From positions 64,001 to 128,000 of the forward strand of contig CAVONQ010000006.1 in the NCBI GenBank assembly GCA_963697335.1: DNA of 64,000 bases. The letters run 5' to 3'. Below, piece after piece: positions 32,437-42,071 of the stretch. The notes under the pieces were generated by a model. It saw only the letters and a program-made list of their open reading frames with translations, was not told the origin of the DNA and did no database searches. Made by a program: the position numbers and the translations under genes. Numbering within the stretch: the stretch's first letter is position 1; each line of letters opens with the position of its first letter. This DNA comes from an uncultured cyanobacterium. Lineage in GTDB: Bacteria > Cyanobacteriota > Cyanobacteriia > PCC-6307 > Cyanobiaceae.

Positions 32437-32510
32437 TGGCTCGGGGGAGACTTGAACTCCCGACCTTGGGGTTATGAATCCCACGCTCTAACCAGCTGAG
32501 CTACCGAGCC
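32437..32510 (-). tRNA. tRNA-Met (CAT), probably elongator
   Basis: GGCTCGG-TAGCTCAGCTGGTTAGAGC-G-TGGGA-TTCATAA-CCCCA-AGGTC-GGGAG-TTCAAGT-CTCCC-CCGAGCC-A cloverleaf; paired G1-C72; no encoded CCA. Confidence 0.95.
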
Positions 32511-32540
32511 CTGAAGGCCTCTCCAGCCGGCCTGAGTGTA

Positions 32541-33575
32541 TCAGGCGCGGGGAGGCAGGAACTGGAGCGGATTGGAGGCACCCCGGGACGGGGGGTGGAT
32601 CTCGAAGTGGAGATGGGGACCGGTGCTGCGGCCGGTGCTTCCCATCAGGGCGATCAGGGTGCCCTGGGCCACCTCCTGGCCGGTGGTCACCATCAGGCGG
32701 CTGTTGTGGGCATAGAGCGAGCGGCTGCCGTCGGCATGGGCGAGGGTCACGAGATAGCCGTAGCCGCCGTCATGCCAACCGGAGAAGGCCACTCGGCCCC
32801 TGCGGGCCGCGACAATCGGCGTTCCCACGTTGTTGGCCACATCGATGCCCTTGTGCATGCGGCCCCAGCGCCAGCCGTAGCCGGAGGTGAACACGCCCTT
32901 GGTGGGCCAGATCCAGCCATCGGCGACAGGCTGCTTGTCATCGAAGCTGTTGTTCTCCGTGCCGAGTCCAGGAATCTGGGGCCAGCTGAGCCCACCGCTG
33001 GTGGAGGGCTTCAGCCCCAGCACCGCCCGCTGTCGTACCGGTGCGGCCCTGACCAGCTGAACTTCGTTGCCGGCCACCAGACGGGCGGTCTGCAGGCCGG
33101 GGTTGAGCTTCAGCAGTTCAGCCATGGTGAGGCCGTAGCGCTGGGCAATGGCCATCACCGTGTCGCCTAGGCGAACCACGCCCTTGGACTGCACCGGGGG
33201 AGGGGACTGGAGGGGTGGCGTGCGGCGCAGCTCAGAGGTGTCAACCGATGCCAGCAGCTTGACGGCCCGGGTCTGCTGCACTGGCACCACCAGCCATTCG
33301 CCGCGATCAAAGCGATGGTCGGCTTCCACCTCGTTGAGGCTGGCCAGCCGCTCGCTGCCCATGCTGAGGTCACGGGAGAGCTGCTCGATGCTCACCGGCT
33401 GGCGCACCTTCACCCACAGCTTTTCAGCACTGGGTCGCGGTCGAGCCGCCAGCAAGGTGTCGGTCGAGGCGTCATCCGACTCGCCGGGAGTGAACGCCTG
33501 GGTGACGGCAGGCACCGTGGCAGCAAGGGCTGCAGAGAGAAGGAGCGACGTTTTGATTGGTGACAAAGGCTTCAA
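32541..33575 (-). CDS. LysM + M23 metallopeptidase (NlpD-like)
   Basis: LysM VRLGDTVMAIAQRYGLTMAELLKLNP; M23 HKGID, YAHNS, GRSTGPHLHFE; TTG start inferred before a signal peptide. Confidence 0.9.
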   Translation of the reverse strand: MKPLSPIKTSLLLSAALAATVPAVTQAFTPGESDDASTDTLLAARPRPSAEKLWVKVRQPVSIEQLSRDLSMGSERLASLNEVEADHRFDRGEWLVVPVQQTRAVKLLASVDTSELRRTPPLQSPPPVQSKGVVRLGDTVMAIAQRYGLTMAELLKLNPGLQTARLVAGNEVQLVRAAPVRQRAVLGLKPSTSGGLSWPQIPGLGTENNSFDDKQPVADGWIWPTKGVFTSGYGWRWGRMHKGIDVANNVGTPIVAARRGRVAFSGWHDGGYGYLVTLAHADGSRSLYAHNSRLMVTTGQEVAQGTLIALMGSTGRSTGPHLHFEIHPPSRGASNPLQFLPPRA

Positions 33576-33757
33576 AGGTTGTTCCCCAAAACGACAAAGC
33601 TCAGTAGAGAAGCCGAGATCTCTGAGCCGCGCAGACCGTAGCGGACGAGCCCCCAGGGAGCAAGTGCGTCTTGACACGGAATCCACCGGGGCAGTCGCTC
33701 CCGCACCCCGGCCAACGGCTGCGCCGCACGGCGACAAGCCTGCCTCAGCCTGCGATC

Positions 33758-34240
33758 TCAGCAGCTGATCGGCTCCTGCTGACGCAGGGCTTCGAACAGC
33801 ACAATCCCCACCGACACCGACAGGTTGAGGCTGCGCACCCCGCCCTCGGGATGCTGGCGCGAGCGGGCCATCGGAATGGTGATCGCCTGGTCGGCCTGGG
33901 CCAGCACGTCGGGGGGCAGTCCGTCGCTCTCCCGGCCGAACAGAAGCCAGTCGTCGGGCCGAAAGTGGATGGCGGTGTAGGGGGTGTTCGCAAGGGCGCT
34001 GAGGGCCAGCAGCCTCCCTCCGCACTGCAGGCGGTGTCGTCCGAAGGCGGCCCAGTCGGCGTGGCGGCTGAGGGGCACGTAGGGCCAGTAGTCGAGCCCG
34101 GCCCGCCGCAGGCTGCGGTCGCTGATCTCGAAGCCGAGGGGCTCCACCAGGTGCAGCTCCTGGGCCGTGGCGGCGCAGGTGCGGGCCACATTGCCGGTGT
34201 TGGGCGGAATCTGGGGCTGATAGAGCACGATCCGTGGCAT
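33758..34240 (-). CDS. trmL: tRNA (cytidine(34)-2'-O)-methyltransferase, SpoU family
   Basis: PQIPPNTGNVARTC, RRAGLDYW, FGRESDGL, RSLNLS. Confidence 0.93.
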   Translation of the reverse strand: MPRIVLYQPQIPPNTGNVARTCAATAQELHLVEPLGFEISDRSLRRAGLDYWPYVPLSRHADWAAFGRHRLQCGGRLLALSALANTPYTAIHFRPDDWLLFGRESDGLPPDVLAQADQAITIPMARSRQHPEGGVRSLNLSVSVGIVLFEALRQQEPISC

Positions 34241-34244
34241 GGCT

Positions 34245-34826
34245 TCAGCGCGGCACCGGCTCACTGAGGGCCTGCAGATCGAGGGCCCGGCCGGCCACCA
34301 CCAGCCAGGAACGCTGGCAGCAGCGGGCCAGCTCCTGCTCCAGGGCGCCGAGCCGGTCGCGGAACAGGCCGCCGATCGCCGTGGGGGGCACCACGCCCCA
34401 GCCCGTCTGCTCACTCACCAGGATCAGCCGGCCCGGACACGCTTTCACGGAGCTGGCCAGGGCCTCCACACTGGCCTGCCAGGTGAGCGGTGACTGGTCC
34501 AGCCCCCAGGCCACCCAGGAGCCCAGCGCGTCCACCAGGGCCAGCTCACCGGGCTGGAGCTGGCTCAGGCCGTCCGCCAGCCCCTCCTGCAGCTCCGCCA
34601 GACCCCAGTGGGGTGGGCGCCGTTGCCGGTGGATCTCCAGCCGGGCCTGCCAGTGCGGATCCTCGGGATGGCGGCCGGCGGTGGCGACATACAGCACCGG
34701 CCCGGGATGCTGCCGCGCCAGGTGCTCGGCCCAACGGCTCTTGCCACTGCGGGCCGGGCCCGTGACCAGCTGACAGCGGGGGGACAGGGCCCTGCCGCCT
34801 GGGGCCGGAGAATCAGCCGCCGCCAT
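34245..34826 (-). CDS. cobU: Adenosylcobinamide kinase / phosphate guanylyltransferase
   Basis: LVTGPARSGKSRWAE, YVAT, HRQRRP, VSEQTGWGVVP, FRDRLG. Confidence 0.9.
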   Translation of the reverse strand: MAAADSPAPGGRALSPRCQLVTGPARSGKSRWAEHLARQHPGPVLYVATAGRHPEDPHWQARLEIHRQRRPPHWGLAELQEGLADGLSQLQPGELALVDALGSWVAWGLDQSPLTWQASVEALASSVKACPGRLILVSEQTGWGVVPPTAIGGLFRDRLGALEQELARCCQRSWLVVAGRALDLQALSEPVPR

Positions 34827-35958
34827 TCATGTTGCGCAGGGTGGCCACAGAGGACGGCGACACACGGTTGAGGTAGCGGAAGATCCAGTACTTGAACACC
34901 GTGGCCAGGATCACCGGGAAGGTGGCAATGAACAGGAGGATGAAATTCTCCTGGGCGGGAAGACCGAAATGGTTGGCCACCCCATCCAGCAGCACGGTCC
35001 AGCCCTCCGGGCTGTGGAACCCCACAAAGATGTCCGTGAACAGAATGATCGCAAAGGCCTTGGCGCTGTCGCTGAGGCCGTACACCAGCTCATCCAAGAA
35101 ACTGCGCAGCACCTGCAGGTCGCGGCGCCACACCACGCACACCAGCACGAAGCCCACCAGGCCGCCCAGGTCGGCGAGCACGTTCTTGATGGCGTGGGTG
35201 CTCTCCTGATCCGCCGCCTGCTTGAGCTCCTGGGCCCGCTGGGCCAACTTGGTGTGCAGCTCGCTGGCACTGGGCAGCTCCTGGCCCCTGAGCAGCGAAT
35301 CGAATTCGATTTCAGCCCGGTAGACCCGCAATTGCTCGACGGCCCGCTCCTCCAGCTGGGGTTTGGGGTAGCTGAGAAAGGCGTAGTCCGTGGCGAAGCG
35401 ATCCACCAGGGGCGACACCACGTAGGTGCGGCTGATCTGCTGCACGAGCACGGGCACCAGCACCAACAACAGCAGGATCCGCAGCGACACCAGGGTGGAA
35501 TCGCGGCGCCGGCGGAAGCCGGCCACCATGTTGGCCTCCGCCTCCGGATCCAGCTGGCGGCGCACCTGGTTCACCACGCCGAGCAGGCTGCGGGGCAGCA
35601 CCTCAGGCGTGCGGCTGATGGCCGGCAGGGGGTTGCGCCTGGCGTCGTAGCGCGCCAGCACCGATTCGATCAACTGGAGTTGGCGCAGCTCCTGGCCCAC
35701 CAGCTCGCCGCGGTGCTGACCCAGACTCACCAGGCTCTGCCGGCAGACCTCCAGGGCCGCCTGGAAGCGGCGCAGCAGCTGGGCCTGGGCGCCGGCGGGC
35801 AGGGGCAGCACAATCTCGGGCCGCACGGGGCGGTCGTTGTAGTGCTCCAGCTCGATGCTCTGGATCAGCAGCGCTGCCTCATAACCCCGCTCCAGGTCGT
35901 GGCTGAGGTCGAGCGCCTGGGCCCGGCGGAAGGAGCCGAGCCAGTTGGTGAGGGCCAT
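34813..35958 (-). CDS. pcxA: Proton extrusion protein PcxA (CemA family)
   Basis: YGLSDSAKAFAIILFTDIFVGFHSPEGW, FIATFPVILATVFKYWIFRYLNRVSPS. Confidence 0.93.
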   Translation of the reverse strand: MALTNWLGSFRRAQALDLSHDLERGYEAALLIQSIELEHYNDRPVRPEIVLPLPAGAQAQLLRRFQAALEVCRQSLVSLGQHRGELVGQELRQLQLIESVLARYDARRNPLPAISRTPEVLPRSLLGVVNQVRRQLDPEAEANMVAGFRRRRDSTLVSLRILLLLVLVPVLVQQISRTYVVSPLVDRFATDYAFLSYPKPQLEERAVEQLRVYRAEIEFDSLLRGQELPSASELHTKLAQRAQELKQAADQESTHAIKNVLADLGGLVGFVLVCVVWRRDLQVLRSFLDELVYGLSDSAKAFAIILFTDIFVGFHSPEGWTVLLDGVANHFGLPAQENFILLFIATFPVILATVFKYWIFRYLNRVSPSSVATLRNMNGGG

Positions 35959-35964
35959 GGATGC

Positions 35965-36663
35965 TCAGCGGGAGAAGACCCACCAGGTGGCCATCGGCAC
36001 CACCGTGCCCACCACCAGCAGCACGATCACCCAGGTGAAGGCCTTGCTGTCGGCCGTCTCCTCCCGGGTGGGCACGTTGGTAGGCAGGGTGGTGGCCTCC
36101 ACCTGCAGCGGCTCGCCGGGATCCTCTCCGGTGTCGAGCACCGTCTGCAGCCGGGCGATGCCATCGAGGCTTGCCTGGCGGAAGCGGGCGCCCTCGCGGA
36201 TCGGCTGGGCCATGGTGGTGCGGGCCGTGCTCTTGAGCAGCTCGGCATTGAGCCGGCTGTCCAGGGCCGCAGACGCCACCACGACAGCGGTGTTGGTCTT
36301 GCTGTCGATCAGAAACAGCAGCTGGCCCTTGTCGCTGCCCTGCGCTGCCCAGCGCTCCAGCAACTGCTGGCCGAACTGGCGCAGGCTGATGCCGTAGTCC
36401 AGCCGCTCCACGGTCACCAGATGGGCATCCACCTGGGCGGCCTGCAGGGCTTCGAGCTCCCGGCTCACCTCTCCATTGGCGGCACGGCTGAGCACCTGGG
36501 CCTGATCGAGCACCCGCTCCTGGGGCGCCTCGGCAGGGAAACTGGCCGCTGACACCGCCAGGGCAGGCGTGGCGGTCCCGAACAGGAGCATGAGGCTCAC
36601 CAGCGCCGCCCAGCAGCGCCGCAGGGTGGGGCCGATGGGGCGGTGCTGGGGCTGGAGCGACAT
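35965..36663 (-). CDS. psb32: TPM-domain photosystem II repair protein Psb32
   Basis: Signal peptide, VLDQAQVLSRA, C-terminal TM WVIVLLVVGTVVPMATWW. Confidence 0.8.
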   Translation of the reverse strand: MSLQPQHRPIGPTLRRCWAALVSLMLLFGTATPALAVSAASFPAEAPQERVLDQAQVLSRAANGEVSRELEALQAAQVDAHLVTVERLDYGISLRQFGQQLLERWAAQGSDKGQLLFLIDSKTNTAVVVASAALDSRLNAELLKSTARTTMAQPIREGARFRQASLDGIARLQTVLDTGEDPGEPLQVEATTLPTNVPTREETADSKAFTWVIVLLVVGTVVPMATWWVFSR

Positions 36664-36751
36664 CGAGGGCCTGGGCGCGCGTGCCTTTAGTTTGCCTGCT
36701 CTGGCCAGGCCTGGCTGAACGTCGCCTGGTTCCCCCCGTATCGCCGCCGCC

Positions 36752-37447
36752 ATGAGCCTGCCTGCGCCAGCGAAGCTGTGCCTGAGCTGCGGGCTGATCG
36801 GCCTGGTGCTCACGGTGTCGAATCAGCTCACGGCCGGCAGCCTCAGCCCACCCCTGGAACGGGCCGGCGTGCTGGCCAGCCTGCTGGCCGTGGGGCTGAT
36901 GCTGGTGGCCGTGCTGTGGACCAGGGCCGTGCCGGAAGCGGCGGCCCGTGCCCCGCTGACGGGCCGGGAGGGGCTGGAGCTGGCCGAGGGGCTCTCCGCC
37001 GCCGTGGCCGAGGAGCTGGGCTGGGGCAGCCAGATGCTGCTCACGGCCACCCCCGCCGCCGTGGTTTTTGTGCAGTGGCAGCAGCACTGTCTGCTGCGGC
37101 GTGGCCTGCTTGCTGACACCCCGTTCATGCCGGGGCCCATCTGCCGCCAGGCCATGGCCAGGGGCAGGGTCATCTCGCTGGTGAACCTGGCGCTCTATCC
37201 CGGCCGGGAGGAGTTTTCGCCACTGCTGCCGGAATTGCCCGCCGTGGTGGTGCAGCCCTTGGGTGAGGCGGGGGTGCTGCTGGTGGGGGGCTGGGCGCCG
37301 CGCTGCTTCAGCCGCGCCGACCTGACCTGGATCGAAGGCTGGGGCCAGCGGCTCACAGAGCGATTGGCGGGCGCTTGCGCTCCCCGTGGGGTGCCGCCGG
37401 ATCCGGCGCCAGGGGCTGGGCCCGGGGAACCTGCAGCTGGGTCCTGA
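36752..37447 (+). CDS. Cofactor assembly of complex C subunit B (CCB2/CCB4 family)
   Basis: Two N-terminal TMs, ELGWGSQMLLTAT, LVNLALYPGREEF, AVVVQPLG, RCFS. Confidence 0.8.
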   Translation: MSLPAPAKLCLSCGLIGLVLTVSNQLTAGSLSPPLERAGVLASLLAVGLMLVAVLWTRAVPEAAARAPLTGREGLELAEGLSAAVAEELGWGSQMLLTATPAAVVFVQWQQHCLLRRGLLADTPFMPGPICRQAMARGRVISLVNLALYPGREEFSPLLPELPAVVVQPLGEAGVLLVGGWAPRCFSRADLTWIEGWGQRLTERLAGACAPRGVPPDPAPGAGPGEPAAGS

Positions 37448-38525
37448 CCCGACCGGAGCCGCCGCCCCCGAAGCTGATGAAGCCACTCTGGGCCACCTTG
37501 CCCTTGAGGCGATCGGCCCGGGTCAGCTGCTTGTTGGCCTCCCGGCGCAGCACTACGCCACCGCTGGCCTGCACGGCGCCACTGCTCCAGTTCCACTGAC
37601 AGCGCTGGGCTGTAAGACGCTCACCAGGTTGGCTGAGCTGGCAGCCGGAGCCCACCACGGCCAGGGAGGTGTCGAAATCGAGGCTGAGACGATCGCCCAC
37701 CAGACGGGCCTCCCCCATCTGGGCCTCGAAGGGAGAGTCGGTGGTGAGCAGGTTGCGTGGGAGGTCGATGCGGGCCTGCCGGGCCGTGAGCATGCCCTTG
37801 CGGCCGGGGTCGTCCACCCGCACGGGTCCCTGCAGATCGATGATCTGGCGGCGGGTATCGGCGGTGAGCGAGGGGGCTGTCAACCGTTGGGGAGCGCGGT
37901 CAGGCAGCAGGCGCTCGCCCCGCACCGGCCCGCGCCCCTGCAGGGACCCGGTTCGGGGCAGCCAGTCGACGCCATCCATGGCCAGGGTGAGGGGCACGGG
38001 CCCACTGCGCACCAGGGTGGGAGCGCCCCGCAGCTCCAGGCGATCGGCATCGATCAGAAAGCGCACCCGCTGGCTGGTGAGACGCAGGTCGGCCTGGGTG
38101 GCCACGGGGCTGCGGTCCAGTTCCATCAGCTTGCGGGCCGGATACCAGCGCACCCGCTGGGCCGTGATCACCAGGGGCTCGGCCCCATCCTCGAGCCGCT
38201 GCAGTCGGGTCGGTCCTTCCAGCTGCACCACCTCGCCGTCATTGAGCACCACGCCGTTGGCGGCCGTGAAGCGGTAGGCCGGCTTGCCGTTGCTGTAGAG
38301 CACCCCCTTGAGATCGCGGGACTGGGCGACCCGGCGGCTGAGGTCATAGCGGGTTTCCGGACTGGTGAGTTCCCAGAGGGGCCGTCCCTGGGCGTCCTGC
38401 TGGCGCAGGTTGAGGCTGCGGAACACAAACGGCTGGGTCGCCTCCGGTTCGCGCGGGCGGCTGCCGCATCCAGCCACCAGGCCCAGCAGCCCCAGGCTGA
38501 GCAGGGCAGCGCCGAGACGCCTCAC
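37353..38525 (-). CDS. LptC family LPS export lipoprotein
   Basis: Lipobox LVAGC, LRQQDAQGRPLWEL, repeated beta-jellyroll-like segments. Confidence 0.75.
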   Translation of the reverse strand: MRRLGAALLSLGLLGLVAGCGSRPREPEATQPFVFRSLNLRQQDAQGRPLWELTSPETRYDLSRRVAQSRDLKGVLYSNGKPAYRFTAANGVVLNDGEVVQLEGPTRLQRLEDGAEPLVITAQRVRWYPARKLMELDRSPVATQADLRLTSQRVRFLIDADRLELRGAPTLVRSGPVPLTLAMDGVDWLPRTGSLQGRGPVRGERLLPDRAPQRLTAPSLTADTRRQIIDLQGPVRVDDPGRKGMLTARQARIDLPRNLLTTDSPFEAQMGEARLVGDRLSLDFDTSLAVVGSGCQLSQPGERLTAQRCQWNWSSGAVQASGGVVLRREANKQLTRADRLKGKVAQSGFISFGGGGSGRVRTQLQVPRAQPLAPDPAAPHGERKRPPIAL

Positions 38526-40129
38526 AGGGGGCCGTCGAGCTCGAGCCGCAGCATCACGGGCTCCGGTTCAGGCAGGGCCTGGCCCGGCTCCAGAACGCCC
38601 CAGCGCTGGGCGGCCAGCCATGGCGGATTCTGGGCAGCGACGCCGACTCCTGGCCCTGGGCCGGAGTCGGCCTCACTGCCCAGGAGCTCCTGGCCCAGCT
38701 GGGCCAGCATGCGCCCGGAGAGCTCCGGCACCAGCGGGGCCAGCAGCACCGCCACCCAGCGGGCCGCCTCCAGCACGGCATAGAGGTCGGCGGCCACCGC
38801 CGCTTCCTGACCCGGTTGCTTCATCTGTTTCCAGGGGGCCTGGTCGTTCAGATAGCCGTTGGCGGTGCCGGCCAGCTGCAGCACGGCCTCGGCGGCGCGG
38901 CGGAACCTGAGGGCATCGAGGCCATCGCGCACCTCGCCGGCGGCATGGGCTGCCGCCAGGGCCAGGGGGTGCTGGTCGCTGAGGGCGGCGCCGGCCGGTG
39001 GCACGGCTGCGGCAAACCACTTGCGCGCCATCGAACTGGTGCGGTTGAGCAGGTTGCCGATGGTGTTGGCCAGGTCGTTGTTGACCAGATCGCTGAAGCG
39101 TTGCTGCTGGAAGTCGCCATCCTCCCCAAACGGGATGTCGCGCAGCAGATACCAGCGCACGGCGTCGCGGCCGCAGCGCTCCAACAGCACGTCGGGATCG
39201 AGCACGTTGCCCAGCGACTTGCCCATTTTCTGGCCCTCCCGCGTCAGAAAGCCATGGCCGTAGACCCGCTCCGGCAACGGCAGGCCGGCGGAGAGCAGCA
39301 TGGCCGGCCAGTAGACGGCATGGAAACGCAGGATGTCCTTGCCGATCACGTGCAGCTGGGCGGGCCAGCCCTCCTGCAGCAGCTGATCGAGGTGCTGCCG
39401 CGGCGCCTCCGGGGCTGGAGCCTCGAGCAGGGCCGACAGGTAGCCCAGCAGGGCGTCGAACCACACATAAAATGTGTGGCCGGGATGCCCCGGCACCGGA
39501 ATCCCCCAGGGAAGATCGAGGCGGGAGATGGAAAAATCGCGCAGACCCTGGGCCACGAAGTTCTCCACTTCCCGGCGGCGACTGGCCGGTTCGATGAAGC
39601 CAGGCTGGCGGATCAGGTTTTCGATGGCCCCCTGGTAGCGGGAGAGCCGAAAGAACAGGTTCAGCTCATCGCGCCATTCCAGGGGTTTGCGGTGGATGGA
39701 GCACTCCGGATCCTGCGCCTCGTGGGGATCGTCCTTGAACTCCTCGCAGGCCACGCAGTACCAGCCCTGCTGACGACCCTCCACCACATCCCCGCTGGCC
39801 TCCACCCGGGCGAAGAACTCCTCCACCAGCTGGCGGTGGCGGGGGTCGGTGGTGCGGATGAAGCGGTCGTGGCTGATGCGCCAGCGCTGCCAGAGATCGC
39901 GGTAGCCGGCACTCACCTGGTCACAGTGCTCCTGGGGGGAGACGCCGGCGGCCTCGGCGGTGCGCTGGATCTTCTGGCCGTGCTCGTCGCAGCCGGTGAT
40001 GAAGATGACCCTCTCGCCCCGCAGGCGCTGGTAGCGGGCCATGGCGTCGCAGGCGATGGTGGTGTAGGTGCTGCCCAGGTGGGCGCGGTCGTTGACGTAA
40101 TAGAGCGGGGTCGTGAGGGTGTAAGACAT
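38522..40129 (-). CDS. metG: Methionine--tRNA ligase
   Basis: TTPLYYVN..HLGS, GCDEHGQKI, YVWFDALLGY, IGKDILRFH, KMGKSLGN. Confidence 0.96.
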   Translation of the reverse strand: MSYTLTTPLYYVNDRAHLGSTYTTIACDAMARYQRLRGERVIFITGCDEHGQKIQRTAEAAGVSPQEHCDQVSAGYRDLWQRWRISHDRFIRTTDPRHRQLVEEFFARVEASGDVVEGRQQGWYCVACEEFKDDPHEAQDPECSIHRKPLEWRDELNLFFRLSRYQGAIENLIRQPGFIEPASRRREVENFVAQGLRDFSISRLDLPWGIPVPGHPGHTFYVWFDALLGYLSALLEAPAPEAPRQHLDQLLQEGWPAQLHVIGKDILRFHAVYWPAMLLSAGLPLPERVYGHGFLTREGQKMGKSLGNVLDPDVLLERCGRDAVRWYLLRDIPFGEDGDFQQQRFSDLVNNDLANTIGNLLNRTSSMARKWFAAAVPPAGAALSDQHPLALAAAHAAGEVRDGLDALRFRRAAEAVLQLAGTANGYLNDQAPWKQMKQPGQEAAVAADLYAVLEAARWVAVLLAPLVPELSGRMLAQLGQELLGSEADSGPGPGVGVAAQNPPWLAAQRWGVLEPGQALPEPEPVMLRLELDGPL

Positions 40130-40202
40130 TCGGCGGGAAATGGCCCTGTGCCGGTGCCGGATCCTAACGAGCACTCCGCTGCCTCCCCCGCCGATCAACC
40201 CC

Positions 40203-42071
40203 ATGCAAGACGAGCGTTGTCCCATCGTGGTGTGGGGTGGGGGAAGCGGCGGCGTGGCGGCCGCGCTCCAGGCGGCCCGCGCCGGCAGTGCCACCCTGCT
40301 GCTCACCCCGGGGGGCTGGCTGGGAGGCATGGTGAGCGCCGCGGGGGTGTGCTGCCCTGATGGGAACGAGCTCAGCCCCTGGCAGAGCGGCCTCTGGGGG
40401 GCCCTGCTGCGGGAGTTGGCTCGACGCGAGCCCGGCGGGCTCGACCACAACTGGGTGAGCTGCTTCGGCTACCGGCCCGCCACTGCCGAGGCGATCCTGC
40501 GCCACTGGGTGGCCAGCACGGAGGGCCTCACCTGGTGGCCCTGTTGCCGCCTGAGGCAGGTGGATCGCCAGGGTGATCGCATCAGCCGGCTGCTGGTGGA
40601 GCGCTCTGGCCCTGGGGGCCCTGATGGCGCGAGCGCCCCTGCGGACACCGTGGCGCTCCATCCCGAGCTGGTGATTGATGGCAGTGACCGCGGCGAGCTG
40701 TTGGCCCTGGCCTCGGCCGGCTTCCGCCTCGGCTGGGAGGAGCAGGAGCTCTGGCAGGAGCCCAGTGCGCCGTCGCGGCAGCGCCTCAGCAGCGAACCCT
40801 TCTTCCAGGCCCAGCCCGTGCAGTCGCCCACCTGGGTGGCAATGGGCCGCCTGCGCGCGCAACAGGGGTGTCCCGCCGGCAAGAACAGCCTGCCGCCACC
40901 CTTCGCCGGTGCCACCAGCCGCTTCGGCCTGGAGCGCACCCTCACCTATGGCCGCCTGCCCGGCGACCTGGTGATGTTGAACTGGCCCCTGCAGGGCAAC
41001 GACTGGCACGGCCAGGGCGACTGGCCCAGCCAGCTGGAGCGGGCCTTCAGCCTTGAGGCGGCCTCAGATCCCTGCGCCCAGGGGGAACTCGAGCAGGCGA
41101 TGCAGGCCAACAGCCTCGCCTTTGCCGCCGCCCTCGAGGAGGCCAGCGAGGGCTGGCTGCAGCTGGCCGAGGTGTTTCCCCAGCACCCCGGCAGCGCTGA
41201 CCTGGCGGGGCCGTCGCCCCTGGCCCTGATGCCCTACTGGCGCGAGGGCCGCCGGCTCAAGGGGCTGACCACGGTGGTGGAGCAGCAGCTGCTGCCCCAG
41301 GCCGAGGGCGCCTCCATCGCCCCCCTGCCCTGGCGGCAGGGCCGCATGGAGTCGATCGCCGTGGGCAACTACGCCAACGACCACCACTACCCAGGTCCCG
41401 ACTGGCCCCTGGCCCCGAAGAGCTGCCGCTGGGGTGGGCGCTGGAGCGGCACCCCCTTCTGCATGCCCTACGGCGCCCTGGTGAGCGCCGACACGGTGAA
41501 CCTGTTGGCGGCCGACAAGGCCAGCAGCGTGAGCCACATGGCCAATGGCGCCACCCGCCTGCAGCCCCTGGTGCTCAACGTGGGCCAGGCCGCAGGCCTG
41601 GCGGCGGCCCTGTGCCTGCGGCTGGGCTGCAGGCCGGCGGAGCTACCGGTGTTGCAGTTGCAGCAGGCTCTGGTGCAGGACCCCCTGGCGCCGTCTGGCC
41701 CCCTGCCCCTGTGGGATACCCCCTGGCACCACCCTCACTGGCGGCAGCGCCAGCTGGCGGCCCTGGCGGATCCGGCCCTGGTGGGCGTCGACGGTGCCCT
41801 GGAGCGGGGTGGTCGGGCCGAGCTCGGAGCGGATCTGGATCCCCACCAGGCGCCGACCGAGCCCCACGAGCAGACCTGGTCTGGCCTGTTGACCCCAACC
41901 GGCGACGGGGCTTTTGTGCTGGAGCAGGGGAGCAGCCGCTGGCCCGTGATCACCCTGGAGCCGGCCCTGCATGCCTGGTTGCAGCAGATGAGCGGGCCCC
42001 GCCAGCTCAGCCTGGTGGGTTGCGCCAACCCCTGGGGACCCTGGCTGCGGGTCTCCAGGCTGGCCCACTGA
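40203..42071 (+). CDS. FAD-dependent oxidoreductase
   Basis: VVWGGGSGGVAAALQAAR, LGGMVS, PYWREGRR, SHMANGATRLQP, GQAAG. Confidence 0.85.
   Translation: MQDERCPIVVWGGGSGGVAAALQAARAGSATLLLTPGGWLGGMVSAAGVCCPDGNELSPWQSGLWGALLRELARREPGGLDHNWVSCFGYRPATAEAILRHWVASTEGLTWWPCCRLRQVDRQGDRISRLLVERSGPGGPDGASAPADTVALHPELVIDGSDRGELLALASAGFRLGWEEQELWQEPSAPSRQRLSSEPFFQAQPVQSPTWVAMGRLRAQQGCPAGKNSLPPPFAGATSRFGLERTLTYGRLPGDLVMLNWPLQGNDWHGQGDWPSQLERAFSLEAASDPCAQGELEQAMQANSLAFAAALEEASEGWLQLAEVFPQHPGSADLAGPSPLALMPYWREGRRLKGLTTVVEQQLLPQAEGASIAPLPWRQGRMESIAVGNYANDHHYPGPDWPLAPKSCRWGGRWSGTPFCMPYGALVSADTVNLLAADKASSVSHMANGATRLQPLVLNVGQAAGLAAALCLRLGCRPAELPVLQLQQALVQDPLAPSGPLPLWDTPWHHPHWRQRQLAALADPALVGVDGALERGGRAELGADLDPHQAPTEPHEQTWSGLLTPTGDGAFVLEQGSSRWPVITLEPALHAWLQQMSGPRQLSLVGCANPWGPWLRVSRLAH

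Noticed and set aside
32472..32480. A31-C39 mismatch in the tRNA anticodon stem as a sign of a pseudogene
   Set aside because: All other arms and invariant bases are intact; a weak 31-39 pair alone is not evidence of decay
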